The notes under the pieces were generated by a model. It worked only from the letters and a program-made list of their open reading frames with translations, had not been told where the DNA came from and made no database searches. A program made the position numbers and the translations under genes. Below are positions 34,481 through 46,750 of a stretch of DNA of 64,000 nt, piece by piece. The first letter of the stretch is position 1. Each line of letters begins with the position of its first letter. This stretch comes from Thermoanaerobaculia bacterium (lineage in GTDB: Bacteria; Acidobacteriota; Thermoanaerobaculia; UBA5066), in contig JBBRRY010000003.1 of NCBI GenBank assembly GCA_038245905.1, forward strand, positions 32,001 through 96,000, read 5' to 3'.

Positions 34481-35284
34481 ATGAGCCCGGTCGTGGCCGC
34501 CCTTTCGGTGGCTCTCCTCGCGGCATCTTCTTCCTTGTTGAAGGCCGAGGACGCAACGCAGGAGCGATTCGAGAAGAAGTACGACCTCGCCGGCGTCCGC
34601 AAGGTGAGGGTCCAGAACGTGAACGGAGTCATTCAGATCGAATCGGGAGGCGACCAGATGCAGGTTGTCGCGGTCAAGAAGGTGAAGTCCTCCTCCGACG
34701 CCGACGTTCTCAAGGAAACCGAAATCCGGGTGACGAAGGCCGGAAGCACGATCGAAGTAGAGACGATCCTGCCCAAGCGCGGGCGGTTCTTCCAGTGGTC
34801 TTTCTTCGGTCGGACCGGGTCGGCGGACGTGGCGTACCTGATCACGCTTCCGCCGTCGGTCGCGCTGGAGGCCGAGACCGTAAACGGGCGAATCACGGCC
34901 GCGAACCGCTCCGGCGACCTGGTCCTGTCGACCGTGAACGGCGGGGTCCGCGTCGACGGGCACGATGGGCCCCTCAAGGTGAACACGGTGAACGGTTCGG
35001 TCGAGGTGTCCTTCGCCGGCCCCATGCGGCAGGCGAGTCTCGAAACGGTCAACGGCTCGGTCACCGTGACCTGCGCGCGCGAGTCGTCGATTCGCTGCAC
35101 GCTCCAGACGACGAATGGCCGTATCCAGTCGCAGTTTCCGGAGGTCACGGTCGAGGGCAAGTGGGGCCCGAAGGAGGCCCGCGGCGCGATCAACGGCGGG
35201 CGGGAGAGCCTCGCCGTCGAGACCGTGAACGGCGACGTCCGCCTTTTCGTCGCGGACGCGGCGGGGGTCCCGACCCGCAAGTAG
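34481..35284 (+). CDS. Secreted DUF4097-type beta-strand repeat protein
   Basis: Signal peptide followed by repeated TVNGxV motifs. Start is 34433 or 34481. Confidence 0.85.
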   Translation: MSPVVAALSVALLAASSSLLKAEDATQERFEKKYDLAGVRKVRVQNVNGVIQIESGGDQMQVVAVKKVKSSSDADVLKETEIRVTKAGSTIEVETILPKRGRFFQWSFFGRTGSADVAYLITLPPSVALEAETVNGRITAANRSGDLVLSTVNGGVRVDGHDGPLKVNTVNGSVEVSFAGPMRQASLETVNGSVTVTCARESSIRCTLQTTNGRIQSQFPEVTVEGKWGPKEARGAINGGRESLAVETVNGDVRLFVADAAGVPTRK

Positions 35285-35287
35285 AAA

Positions 35288-35372
<85 letters not shown>

Positions 35373-35421
35373 ACGGGGAACGCGAGGGAAGGGGATTCTA
35401 GCCGAAAACTATTTGCCGAAA

Positions 35422-35760
35422 CTATTTCGCGGACGTCGCCGGTGCCGCAGGAACGGGTGCCGGAGCCGGAGCCGGAACGGCGGCCTTCGCGGGCACGCCC
35501 GCCTTCGCCCTCGCGAGGACCGAAGACCGAGGCCTTGCCTGGATGAGCGAGATCGTGACGGCGAGGACGGAGAAGGCCACGAAGGACCACGTCGTGATCC
35601 TTTCGAGGAGCGTCGTGGCTCCGCGGGCGCCGAACGTCGTCTGAGAGGATGAAGCGCCGAAGGCGGCCGAAACGTCCGCGCCCTTTCCCTGCTGCAGAAG
35701 GACGACAAGGATGAGGAAGACGCAGACGACGACGTAAACGGGAACAAGTACGTAAATCAT
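35422..35760 (-). CDS. secG: Preprotein translocase subunit SecG
   Basis: LILVVLLQQGKGADVSAAFG...FGARGATTLLERIT, two TM helices. Confidence 0.95.
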   Translation of the reverse strand: MIYVLVPVYVVVCVFLILVVLLQQGKGADVSAAFGASSSQTTFGARGATTLLERITTWSFVAFSVLAVTISLIQARPRSSVLARAKAGVPAKAAVPAPAPAPVPAAPATSAK

Positions 35761-35825
35761 GTTCGGTGGTGCTCCGGACCCTCGGGCGAAGGCCCGGGGG
35801 CCGAAGATGATAGCGGAATCGCCCG

Positions 35826-36605
35826 TCAGGCGCGAGCGGCGCGAGTAGCGGAGGCTGCTGCGGCGGCAAGAAGGGCCGTGACGTCTTTCACCACGAGGGA
35901 GGCGCCCCCCACGAGGCCGCCGTCCACCTCCGCCTCCTGGAAGAGGCCGGGGGCGCTCGCGGGCGACACAGAGCCCCCGTAGAGGATCCGGATCGAAGCG
36001 GCGGCCCCCGTGCCGAACCGGGCCGCGATTTCGGCTCGCAGCCGCGCGTGGACCTCGGCGGCCATCCGGGGCGTGGCGGGGAGCCCGGTCCCGATCGCCC
36101 AGACCGGTTCGTAGGCAAGGACGAGTCCGGGCGGCGGTGCGGAGAACCCGTCCAGAGCGGCGAGCTGGTTCCGGAGGACGTCGGCCGTGCGGCCGGCGTC
36201 GCGCTCGGCGCGTCTCTCGCCAACGCAGTAGACGGGAGCGAGACCCTGCTCGGCGAGCCGCTCCATCTTTCGGGCGAACTCGGGCTCGCGTTCGCCCCGG
36301 AAGAGGCGGCGCTCGCTGTGGCCTACGAGGACGAGGGCGACCCCGGCGTCCTTGAGCATCGAGGCGGACACTTCGCCGGTGAACGCCCCCTCCTTCTCGA
36401 CATACACATCCTGCGCCCCCAGCGCGATGCCCGTTCCGGAGAGCGCGGCGCGGACGCGGTCGAGAGCCGGGAACGACGGCGCGATTGCGAAGTCGACCTC
36501 TCGAGGCCGGGAAATTGCTACGAGCACGCGCGCGAGCTCCGCGGCGGCCGACGGCGTCTGCGTCATCTTCCAGTTCGCGACGAGGAGGCGGCGCCGGATG
36601 CTCAA
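35826..36605 (-). CDS. tpiA: Triosephosphate isomerase
   Basis: [30 protein letters not shown] and YGGSV. Confidence 0.97.
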   Translation of the reverse strand: MSIRRRLLVANWKMTQTPSAAAELARVLVAISRPREVDFAIAPSFPALDRVRAALSGTGIALGAQDVYVEKEGAFTGEVSASMLKDAGVALVLVGHSERRLFRGEREPEFARKMERLAEQGLAPVYCVGERRAERDAGRTADVLRNQLAALDGFSAPPPGLVLAYEPVWAIGTGLPATPRMAAEVHARLRAEIAARFGTGAAASIRILYGGSVSPASAPGLFQEAEVDGGLVGGASLVVKDVTALLAAAAASATRAARA

Positions 36606-37801
36606 CGCAAGGCTTCCACGCCGGGAAGCTTCTCGCCCGCCACGAGGTCGAGCGAGGCGCCGCCGCCAGTGGACACGTGCGAGATCTTCGCGGCGAGGCC
36701 CGCCTCTTTCAGGGCCTCGACGCTCTCGCCGCCGCCGACGACGGTGAAAGCCGAGGAGTCCGCCAGAATCTGCGCGACGGCACGCGTGCCGGCGTCGAAC
36801 GGCTTCGTCTCGAAGACGCCCATGGGCCCGTTCCAGAAAATCGTCTTGGCATCCCGGGTCATCCGCCGGAACATCTCGATCGTCTTCGTCCCGATGTCGA
36901 ATGCGGCGGTGTTCTCGGGGATCGCGTTCATGGCGACCGTCTTGACGGCATTCGGTTCGCTTGCTCTCTCGAGCGAAGGCGCCACCACGAAGTCCGAGGG
37001 CAGGACGAGCTGAACGCCGCGCTCCTTGCAGCGGTCGATGATCTGCCGGGCGACGGGGACGCCCTCCTTCTCGAGCAGGGAGCCGCCCACCGGAAGGCCG
37101 AGCGCCGCGATGAAATGGTTTGCCATCCCCCCGCCCACGAGGACGACGTCCGCTTTCTCGACGAGGGCCTTGAGGGCCGCGAGCTTTCCCATGATCTTCG
37201 CGCCGCCGAGGATGGCGGCGAACGGCCGGTCGATCTCGGTGACGACTCTCGCGAGCGCCGTCAGCTCCCGCTCCATGAGCAGGCCCATCCCGCGCCTGTC
37301 CTTCGGGAAAAGAGCCGCCATCCCGGCGGTCGAGGCATGAGCGCGATGGGCCGTGCCGAACGCGTCGTCGACGTAGACCTCGGCGAGGGCGGCGAGCTCG
37401 CGGCAGAACGCCGGGTCGTTTCCCTCTTCGCCGGGGTGAAACCGCAGGTTCTCGAGGAGGAGGACACCGCCTGGCTTCAGGGTAGCCACGGCTTTCTCCG
37501 TCTCGGGGCCGACACAGTCGGACGCGAAGGCCACGGGCACGCCGAGGCGCGCCTCGAGCGTGCGTGCGACAGGGGCCAACGAGTACTTCGGGTCCTTTGC
37601 ACCCTTCGCCTTCCCGAGGTGCGACGCGAGGACGAGACGGGCGCCCCTCTCCCTCGCGAGGTGGAGGGTGGGGAGCGCCTCGACGACGCGCGTGTCGTCG
37701 CGCACGACGCCGTCCTTGAGCGGCACGTTGAAGTCCACGCGCACGAAGACACGCTTGCCGTCGAGGTCGAGGTCCCGGATCGAACGCGGAAGGCCGGACA
37801 T
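36602..37801 (-). CDS. pgk: Phosphoglycerate kinase
   Basis: [35 protein letters not shown] and [10 protein letters not shown]. Confidence 0.98.
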   Translation of the reverse strand: MSGLPRSIRDLDLDGKRVFVRVDFNVPLKDGVVRDDTRVVEALPTLHLARERGARLVLASHLGKAKGAKDPKYSLAPVARTLEARLGVPVAFASDCVGPETEKAVATLKPGGVLLLENLRFHPGEEGNDPAFCRELAALAEVYVDDAFGTAHRAHASTAGMAALFPKDRRGMGLLMERELTALARVVTEIDRPFAAILGGAKIMGKLAALKALVEKADVVLVGGGMANHFIAALGLPVGGSLLEKEGVPVARQIIDRCKERGVQLVLPSDFVVAPSLERASEPNAVKTVAMNAIPENTAAFDIGTKTIEMFRRMTRDAKTIFWNGPMGVFETKPFDAGTRAVAQILADSSAFTVVGGGESVEALKEAGLAAKISHVSTGGGASLDLVAGEKLPGVEALR

Positions 37802-37847
37802 GAGTCCTCCTCTTTCGGAAGGTCGATCATCCGATCTTATGCGCCCC

Positions 37848-38966
37848 ATGGCCTCTATAGTCTCGTCCGTGACGAAAGGCTCCGTTCCCGCTACAAGGGT
37901 CAGCCCATACTCCTATAAGGCCGGACGGCTGCGGCTCCTGGACCAGCGTCGCCTCCCGCACGAGGAGGTGTTCCTCGACTGCGAAAGCGCCGCCCAGACC
38001 GCCGAGGCCATCCGCGGGCTTGCTGTACGCGGCGCCCCGCTGATCGGCGTCGCCGCGGCCTACGGTCTCTGCGCGGAGGCGCACCGCGTGGCCGAGCGTG
38101 TCCCCGAAGACCTCGACGTCGCGCTTGCGCTCGGTGCCGAGAGGCTCGTTTCGTCACGGCCCACCGCCGTGAATCTCGCCTGGGCGGTCGGCCGGATGCG
38201 CACGGTGGTCGAGGCGTCATCGGGCGGCGCCGCGGGAGAGCGGATCTTTCTCCTCGAGGCCGAGGCCGACCGCATCGCCGAGGAGGATCGCCTAGCCTGC
38301 CTCGCGATCGGCCGCCTCGGCGCGGCGTGGCTCTCGGCCCACTGGTCCCTGACCTCCGGGATTCCGACAGTGCTCACGCATTGCAACGCGGGGGCTCTCG
38401 CAACCGCGGGGATCGGCACCGCGCTCGGAATCGTCCGGGCGCTCGCGGCCGAGGGTCCGGTCGCGATTCTCGCGGACGAGACGCGGCCTTTCCTGCAGGG
38501 CGCGCGCCTGACGGCATGGGAGCTGCGCGAGGACGGGCTCGACGTCACGCTCCTCCCGGACGTCGCGGCGGCCTCGCTGATCGCTCGTGGCCGGGTGCAT
38601 GGCGTCGTCGTCGGCGCGGACCGCATCGCGGCGAACGGGGACGTGGCCAACAAAGTCGGGACGTACGGTCTCGCGCTTGCGTGCCGCGCGCACGGCGTGC
38701 CGTTCGTTGTGGCGGCGCCGACGTCGACGGTCGACCTCGCGACGCCAGATGGCGCGTCGATCCCGATCGAGGAGCGCGACGGGAGAGAGGTGCTCGCGCT
38801 GCCTCTTCCGGGGGGTGGCACGGCGTACCTCGCGCCCGCGGGAGTCGGCGCCCTCTATCCCGCCTTCGACGTGACGCCGGCCGTCCTAGTCGACGCGATT
38901 GTCACGGAGCGCGGAGTTTCCGAGCCTCCGCACGTCCGGGAGCTCGCGCGATTTGTTTCGCGATGA
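37848..38966 (+). CDS. mtnA: S-methyl-5-thioribose-1-phosphate isomerase
   Basis: [45 protein letters not shown] and ANKVGT. Confidence 0.95.
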   Translation: MASIVSSVTKGSVPATRVSPYSYKAGRLRLLDQRRLPHEEVFLDCESAAQTAEAIRGLAVRGAPLIGVAAAYGLCAEAHRVAERVPEDLDVALALGAERLVSSRPTAVNLAWAVGRMRTVVEASSGGAAGERIFLLEAEADRIAEEDRLACLAIGRLGAAWLSAHWSLTSGIPTVLTHCNAGALATAGIGTALGIVRALAAEGPVAILADETRPFLQGARLTAWELREDGLDVTLLPDVAAASLIARGRVHGVVVGADRIAANGDVANKVGTYGLALACRAHGVPFVVAAPTSTVDLATPDGASIPIEERDGREVLALPLPGGGTAYLAPAGVGALYPAFDVTPAVLVDAIVTERGVSEPPHVRELARFVSR

Positions 38967-40045
38967 CGAAGAACGGCCCCGTCGTCCTCGCGCTCGAGAC
39001 GTCCTGCGACGAGACTGCCGTGGCGCTCGTCGACGGCGCGGGGCGCGTCCTTTCGTCCCGCATCGCATCGCAGGAAGACGCGCATCGCCTCTTTGGCGGC
39101 GTCGTTCCGGAGATTGCGGCCCGCGCGCACCTCGAGAACCTGCCTCCGCTCCTCGACGCAGTGCTCCTGGACGCCGGAGCGGCGCTCACGGACGTCTCCG
39201 TCGTCGCGGCCACGGCTGGGCCGGGCCTCGTCGGAGCGCTTCTCGTCGGCCTCTCGGAGGCCAAGGGGCTCGCGCTCGGCCTCGGAGTTCCCTTCGTTCC
39301 CGTCCACCACATCGAGGGACATGCTCTCTCCCCGTTTTTACCGACGGACGGAGGCGCGGCGGCCGCGGTGCCGGATGAGTTCTCGGCGCTCGTCGTTTCG
39401 GGCGGCCACACGCACGTCTTCGCATTCTCGGGCGTCCGGATCGAGCGCCTCGCGCGGACGCGCGACGACGCGGCGGGGGAAGCCTTCGACAAGGTCGCCA
39501 AGATGGCGGGGCTCGGCTACCCGGGCGGGCCGGCCGTGGACCGGCTGGCGCGGCGCGGCGTGGCGAGACGCCCTTTCGCGGTCGCGCACTTTAAGGACGG
39601 CTCTTCGGATTTCAGCTTCTCGGGCCTGAAGACGGCGGTCAAAGAGCGGCTATTGGAGCTCGGCCGCGCGCCGACGGCTGGAATTCCAAAGGGTCCGGAG
39701 CTTCGCGAGGGAGACGCGCCGCAGGGGCTTTGCGATCTGATGGCGGATGTGGAGGAGGCGATCGTCGCGCAGCTCCTCGACCGTCTCTCCCGGCTTCACG
39801 AGGTTCGACGGCTGGGTGTTCTCTCCGTGTCGGGCGGAGTCGCGGCGAACACGCTCGTGAGAGAGCGCATCCCGGCGTGGGGGCGGTCGCGCGGGGTGGA
39901 CGTGAGGGTGGCCCCGCGACCTCTCACCGGCGACAATGCCGTGATGATCGCGTTCGCGGGGCTGAGAAGGCTCGCCCAGGGGCGCTTCGGGGAGGGGCTC
40001 GGCGCGGTGGCGCGCTCGCGCTGGCCGCTCGAAACGATAGAATAG
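38963..40045 (+). CDS. tsaD: tRNA N6-threonylcarbamoyltransferase TsaD
   Basis: [40 protein letters not shown] and DNAVMIA. Confidence 0.96.
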   Translation: MTKNGPVVLALETSCDETAVALVDGAGRVLSSRIASQEDAHRLFGGVVPEIAARAHLENLPPLLDAVLLDAGAALTDVSVVAATAGPGLVGALLVGLSEAKGLALGLGVPFVPVHHIEGHALSPFLPTDGGAAAAVPDEFSALVVSGGHTHVFAFSGVRIERLARTRDDAAGEAFDKVAKMAGLGYPGGPAVDRLARRGVARRPFAVAHFKDGSSDFSFSGLKTAVKERLLELGRAPTAGIPKGPELREGDAPQGLCDLMADVEEAIVAQLLDRLSRLHEVRRLGVLSVSGGVAANTLVRERIPAWGRSRGVDVRVAPRPLTGDNAVMIAFAGLRRLAQGRFGEGLGAVARSRWPLETIE

Positions 40046-40106
40046 AGGGCTCGCGAGCGGCCGGCCGGTCGCGCGTCACCTTCATCACCATTCATCACCA
40101 AAGGCT

Positions 40107-41905
<1,799 letters not shown>

Positions 41906-41906
<1 letters not shown>

Positions 41907-42586
41907 TGACCCCGGTGGCCCGCCTCGTGGACACGGCGGAGGCCGTCCTCGTGGCCGCGGCGCTCGCCCTCGCCTTCAAGGGGTTCGTCTTCCAGATCTA
42001 CCATGTGCCGAGCGCCTCGATGGAAGACACGGTCGTGGCGGGCGATTACGTCCTCGTGAACAAGTTTGCCTACGGCGTCCATGATGGTCCCTGGAAACGG
42101 GTTCTCCCGTACCGCGACCTGACGCGCGGAGACGTCGTCGTCTTCCGATATCCGCCCGAGCCGGAGCGCGATTTCGTGAAGCGCGTCGCCGGCCTGCCGC
42201 GAGACAGGGTGGCGATCGACGAGAAGACGCTCCGCGTGAACGGCGCGGTCGTGACCGAGCCCTACGTCGTGCATCGCGACGCGGGGACGTTCGGAGCCGG
42301 CGCGCCGCCGACCCTGAAGCGTCGCGACAACCTCGGACCGATCGAGGTCGAGGAGCGCCGATTTTTCGCGCTGGGAGACAACCGGGACGAGTCGCAGGAT
42401 TCGCGGTTCTGGGGCTCCGTGCCCCTGGCGCATCTCGAGGGCCGCGCCGCCGTTGTCCTGTGGTCCGTCCGCGAGGGTTCACGGTCTTTTTCGGGTCGCG
42501 GAGCGGCGTTACGCCGTTTGATCGATACCGCGCTACACTTTTTGTCGCGGACTCGCTGGGAGAGAAGCTTTCACGCCATTCACTAG
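41906..42586 (+). CDS. lepB: Signal peptidase I
   Basis: VPSASME (catalytic Ser), FVKRV (catalytic Lys) and GDNRDESQDSRFWG. Confidence 0.95.
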
Positions 42587-42618
42587 AGCGGGCTCGAACG
42601 CGCCGGAAGGAGAACAAC

Positions 42619-42987
42619 ATGAGGCAAGCTGCCAGGGAGTCCCGCCGGGGGGAAGGCGCTTTCGGGCTCGTCGTCGGGCTGGCGATCCTGTTCGTCGTCG
42701 TCGTCGGTCTCGTTCGGATCGTTCCGCTCCACATCCGCGGGAACGAGGTCCTGGATTCGCTGAACGAAGCCGCCAACTTCGGCGGCCTGAAGACGCCCGA
42801 GAAGCTTCAGATGGACGTCTACCTGCGCGCACAGGACTCGAAGGTGCCGCTCAAGCTGGAAGCGATCCGCGTGGAGCGCAGCGGCACGTACATCGCCATT
42901 TCGGCCAAGTATGAGCAGATGGTCGACGTCTTCGGTTACAAGTACGTATACCGATTCGACAAGCGGGTCGAGAAACCCGTCTTCTGA
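42619..42987 (+). CDS. Small pilin-like membrane-anchored protein (DUF4845-like)
   Basis: Basic leader RRGEG, then a hydrophobic helix and small alpha/beta domain. AAGGAG SD. Follows lepB. Confidence 0.6.
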   Translation: MRQAARESRRGEGAFGLVVGLAILFVVVVGLVRIVPLHIRGNEVLDSLNEAANFGGLKTPEKLQMDVYLRAQDSKVPLKLEAIRVERSGTYIAISAKYEQMVDVFGYKYVYRFDKRVEKPVF

Positions 42988-43043
42988 TCCGGGATCGGCG
43001 GAACCGGTCCCGCGGGAACGATGACCCGCCGCCGCTCGCCGAG

Positions 43044-43415
43044 GTGCGTCTCGACGTGTGGCTGGACGTCTCGTGCCTCTTTCCGACGCGGTCGCAGGCG
43101 GCTGCGGCATGCACGGGCGGTAAGGTGCATCTGAACGGTCACGGTGCCGCGGCGCACCGGCCGCTGCGCGTTCACGACCGGCTCGAAATCACGTTCAAAC
43201 GTGATCGACGGACGTTCCTCGTGAAGGGCCTCGCGGAGAGAAGCATTCCGAAGTCCCAGGCTCGCCTTCTCTACGAAGAAACGACACCGCCCCTCGCCCC
43301 CGAGATTCTCGAGGCGCGGCGGCTCGAGCGACTGCTCGCGCCGCGGCGGGACGAAAAGGGCGGCAAGCTCTCCAAGAAAGAGCGCCGCGACCGGGACAAG
43401 GCGCGTGGATGGTGA
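43044..43415 (+). CDS. hslR: S4-domain RNA-binding protein (Hsp15/HslR-like)
   Basis: RLDVWL...TRSQA...GGKVHLNG...ARLLYEE...KKERR. Confidence 0.85.
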   Translation: MRLDVWLDVSCLFPTRSQAAAACTGGKVHLNGHGAAAHRPLRVHDRLEITFKRDRRTFLVKGLAERSIPKSQARLLYEETTPPLAPEILEARRLERLLAPRRDEKGGKLSKKERRDRDKARGW

Positions 43416-44413
43416 CGACGGGGGGCGCCCGGATGGCCCGCGGCCAGGTTTGGCGCCTTCGGCTCTACGAGGTCGTCGTACTCGCCGATTTCGTCGTCGT
43501 CGCGTGGCTCATACGCCACCGGGCCCGGCTCGATCTGGACCTGTCGCGGACGCTCCGCGATCTTCCCGCCTTCGCGCTTTACGCGGCAAGCTTTCTTCTC
43601 GCCGGCCTCGTCCTGAGAAGCTTCTTCGTCGGGCGGCGCTCCGGCCGGCGGGCCTGGGTTCGGTTTCGAGCAGCGTTCCGGCCCGGTTCTCTCGTCGACC
43701 TCGCGCGCTTCCTCGTCATCGTCAGCCTCACGTCCTATGTCTACAGCTGGCTCAAGGCGACGCTGCCGCTTCTCCGACCAGACGTCCTCTTCGACGACGC
43801 TCTTTTTCGCGTCGAGACCGCGCTCCACTTCGGGGTGAACCCCGGACGTCTCCTGCAGGGGCTGTTCCCGTACGCCGCACTCTGGAAGGGGCTCGACGGC
43901 TGGTACGCGTTCTTCATCTATACGGTCATGGCGGGCCTCGGGTGGTTCGCGTCCGTCCTCTCGCGCCGGGACAGGGCCCGCTTTTCGACGGGCTTCGCTC
44001 TCCTCTGGGTCCTCGGCTCGTGGTGGTACTTCGCGATGCCGTCCCTCGGCCCGTGCTACGTCCTCCAGGACGATTACGCCGAGGTGCGGGCCTCGATGCC
44101 GATGCAGTCCGCGACCATGGATGTCCTCTTCGCGCAATACGGCCGCATCCGGGCCTTCCGCCGGCACCCGGAAGGCCTCGACGTCTCTCCGTATCTCGGC
44201 ATCGCAGCGATGCCGTCTCTTCACGTGGCGGCGCAGGCCTTTCTCGCGTTCTTCGCGCGGCGGCGGTCGCGGACGCTGTTCCTCCTCTATTCCGCGGCGA
44301 CGGCCCTCACGATATTCGCGGCCGTGGTCAGCGGGTGGCACTACGCCATCGACGTCTACGCCGGGCTTCTCCTCGCATGGGGATGCGTCCGTCTCGGCGA
44401 GCGCTTCGGCTGA
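43409..44413 (+). CDS. PAP2-superfamily membrane phosphotransferase (AUR1/IPC-synthase-like)
   Basis: Multiple TM helices with PSLGP, AAMPSLHVA and GWHYAID motifs. Confidence 0.8.
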   Translation: MVTTGGARMARGQVWRLRLYEVVVLADFVVVAWLIRHRARLDLDLSRTLRDLPAFALYAASFLLAGLVLRSFFVGRRSGRRAWVRFRAAFRPGSLVDLARFLVIVSLTSYVYSWLKATLPLLRPDVLFDDALFRVETALHFGVNPGRLLQGLFPYAALWKGLDGWYAFFIYTVMAGLGWFASVLSRRDRARFSTGFALLWVLGSWWYFAMPSLGPCYVLQDDYAEVRASMPMQSATMDVLFAQYGRIRAFRRHPEGLDVSPYLGIAAMPSLHVAAQAFLAFFARRRSRTLFLLYSAATALTIFAAVVSGWHYAIDVYAGLLLAWGCVRLGERFG

Positions 44414-44433
44414 GCGCGTAACATCGATTCTCG

Positions 44434-45627
44434 ATGCGCATCATCCTTTTCACGGGCAAGGGCGGGGTCGGCAAGACGACCGTCGCGGCCGCGACGGGAC
44501 TCGACCTGGCGGCGCGCGGCTTCAAGACGCTCGTCATGTCCGTGGACGCGGCCCACTCCCTCGCGGACGCATTCGACCGCGACGTCGCCCTCACCGACCA
44601 CGGGCACGGGACGCCCATCGCCGTCTCCGAGAACCTCTGGATCCAGGAGGTCGACGTCACCGAGGAGATCGGCCGCCACTGGAAGGACATCTCGGGGTAC
44701 ATCACGACGCTCCTCGCGGTCACGGGTGTCGAGGAAGTGCTCGCCGAGGAGCTCGCGATCTTCCCCGGGATGGAGGAAGTGTCGGCGCTTCTCTACGTTA
44801 ACCAGTACGCGCGCGAGAAGGCGTTCGACGTTCTCATCCTCGACTGCGCGCCCACGGGGGAGTCTCTCCGGTTCGTCTCCCTTCCGCCGACGCTCGACTG
44901 GTACATGAAGAAGCTCTTCCGGCTCGAGCGGTCGATCCTCAAGGTCGCGCGTCCCGTCGCGAAAAAGATGACCGACCTCCCGCTCCCGCCCGACCGCTAC
45001 TTCGACAACGTCCAGTCGCTCGCACAGAAGCTCGAAGGGGTGGACGCGCTCCTCAAGGACCCGAAGACGACGACCGTACGCCTCGTGACGAACGCGGAGA
45101 AGATCGTCATCAAGGAGACGCAGCGCGCCTTCATGTACTTCGGCCTGTACGGGTTCACGGTGGACGCCGTCATCGTGAACCGGCTCTTGCCGGAGGGGGT
45201 CCACGATCCGTTTTTCGACAAATGGCGGAAGACCCAGGCGCAGTTTCTCGAGGAGGCGCGCGGCTACTTCGATCCCGTGCCGATCTTCACCCTGCCCTTG
45301 AGGGACGACCAGGTGCTCGGCTCCGCGGCGCTCATCGCCCTCGGACGGGATCTCTGGGACACGAAGAACCCCGTTGAGTCCTTCCGCTCGGACCCGCCCT
45401 ACCGCTACACAAAGAAGAACGGGAGGTACGTTCTCACGCTCGACCTCCCGTTCGTCGACAAGAACGAAGTCGACCTCGCGATGGCCTCGGGAGATCTCGT
45501 CGTCCGGATCGGGAACGTGCGCCACCACATTCCCGTGCCGCGCATGCTCGCGGGCTTCTCGCCTGCCGGCGCGAAGGTCGAGAATGGACGGCTCACGGTA
45601 CGCTTCACAAGCCCGGAGGCACGCTGA
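44434..45627 (+). CDS. ArsA/Get3-family ATPase with C-terminal HSP20-like domain
   Basis: GKGGVGKTT, SVDAAHSLAD and DCAPTG. C-terminal beta-sandwich YVLTLDLPF...LVVRIG...AKVENGRLTVRF. Confidence 0.9.
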   Translation: MRIILFTGKGGVGKTTVAAATGLDLAARGFKTLVMSVDAAHSLADAFDRDVALTDHGHGTPIAVSENLWIQEVDVTEEIGRHWKDISGYITTLLAVTGVEEVLAEELAIFPGMEEVSALLYVNQYAREKAFDVLILDCAPTGESLRFVSLPPTLDWYMKKLFRLERSILKVARPVAKKMTDLPLPPDRYFDNVQSLAQKLEGVDALLKDPKTTTVRLVTNAEKIVIKETQRAFMYFGLYGFTVDAVIVNRLLPEGVHDPFFDKWRKTQAQFLEEARGYFDPVPIFTLPLRDDQVLGSAALIALGRDLWDTKNPVESFRSDPPYRYTKKNGRYVLTLDLPFVDKNEVDLAMASGDLVVRIGNVRHHIPVPRMLAGFSPAGAKVENGRLTVRFTSPEAR

Positions 45628-45947
45628 TGGCGAGAAAAACGAAAGAGAAGGATCCGCTCGAGAACGACTTCGGCCCCGGCGTGGCCTCGCGCGCGACCTC
45701 GGGTCCGATTCCAGGCCTCGCCTGCGCGGGCGATGGCTGCCTCTTCAAGCCCGCGGCCGACCTCGTGGCAAAATTCTCCTTGCGCCTCGCGCGGGGGCAC
45801 GGGAGCTCTCTCTCCCGCGCGGCGACCTCGGGCATCGAGTTCATGAAGGCCCTCCGCGATTTCCTCGACGAGGAGATCGCCCTCGCCGAGCGCGCCGCGG
45901 GGGCCGGCGGAAGGCCTCCCCGCTACGAGAAAATCAAGGTGGATTGA
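45627..45947 (+). CDS. Hypothetical protein ending in EKIKVD
   Basis: TGATG overlap with the ATPase gene and GGAGG upstream. Amphipathic helix IEFMKALRDFLDEEIA. Confidence 0.7.
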   Translation: MARKTKEKDPLENDFGPGVASRATSGPIPGLACAGDGCLFKPAADLVAKFSLRLARGHGSSLSRAATSGIEFMKALRDFLDEEIALAERAAGAGGRPPRYEKIKVD

Positions 45948-45997
45948 TGCGCCCGCTTACCCGCCGATCGCCGACGGCCGCACGCCCGCCCTGACGT

Positions 45998-46750
45998 TCA
46001 GTGTGCCGTCGGGGCGGAAATCGCCGTCGCAATCTCGGCGACGACGGCCCGCGCGGCGGCGGCCGGGTCGGGTGCGCCCGTGATCGGGCGGCCCACGACG
46101 AGGAGATCCGCGCCCGCACGGATCGCGTCGCCTGGTGTCGCCACGCGTTTCTGGTCGCCGCGGGGGGCACCCGCCGGGCGCACGCCGGGGACGACGAGGA
46201 AGAAGTCCCTCCCGCAGGCGGCGCGGATCGAGGCAATCTCGTCTGGCGAGCAAACGACTCCGTCGAGGCCCGCGCGGCGCGCGAGCACTGCGAGGCGAAG
46301 CGCGGCCTCGCGCGGAGACCCGGCGAATCCGACCGCGTGAACAGAGGCTGCGTCGAGAGACGTCAGAACCGTCACCGCGATGAGCTTCGGCGCGGGCAGG
46401 CCCGCCTTCGCGGCGGCGGCGCGGCCCTCTTCGGCGAACGCCTTCATCATTTCGGTCCCGCCCGCGGCGTGGCAGTTCACGATCGCGGCGCCGGTGCGGG
46501 CCGCTGCGGCGGCCGCGCGACCCACGGTGTTCGGGATGTCATGGAGCTTCAGGTCGAGGAACACGTCCGCGCCCGCGGCCACGACCTCGCGTACGAGGGC
46601 GGGACCCTCCGCGACGAACGCCTCGAGGCCGAGCTTGAGGACGCCGGCCTCCGGCGCGACGCGGCGGGCCATCGCGAGGAGCTGGGCGCGATCGGGCAGG
46701 TCCAGCGCGACCGCTAGCCTTCCGCGCGGCGTCTCGTCGATCCGGCTCAT
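45998..46750 (-). CDS. pyrF: Orotidine-5'-phosphate decarboxylase
   Basis: [30 protein letters not shown] and VVGRPI. Confidence 0.96.
   Translation of the reverse strand: MSRIDETPRGRLAVALDLPDRAQLLAMARRVAPEAGVLKLGLEAFVAEGPALVREVVAAGADVFLDLKLHDIPNTVGRAAAAAARTGAAIVNCHAAGGTEMMKAFAEEGRAAAAKAGLPAPKLIAVTVLTSLDAASVHAVGFAGSPREAALRLAVLARRAGLDGVVCSPDEIASIRAACGRDFFLVVPGVRPAGAPRGDQKRVATPGDAIRAGADLLVVGRPITGAPDPAAAARAVVAEIATAISAPTAH

Noticed and set aside
35401-35427. Tandem duplication GCCGAAAACTATTT/GCCGAAACTATTT at the secG stop
   Set aside because: Only two short copies. Probably slippage or part of the tRNA promoter, with no supportable function.
40076-40100. TTCATCACCA tandem upstream of lepA
   Set aside because: Two short copies without spacers, so not CRISPR-like, and no evidence of function.
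44434-45627. Arsenic-resistance interpretation of the ArsA-like and ArsC-like genes
   Set aside because: No arsR, arsB, acr3 or arsD. The ATPase is single-domain with an HSP20 tail, and the ArsC-like gene is about 17 kb away.
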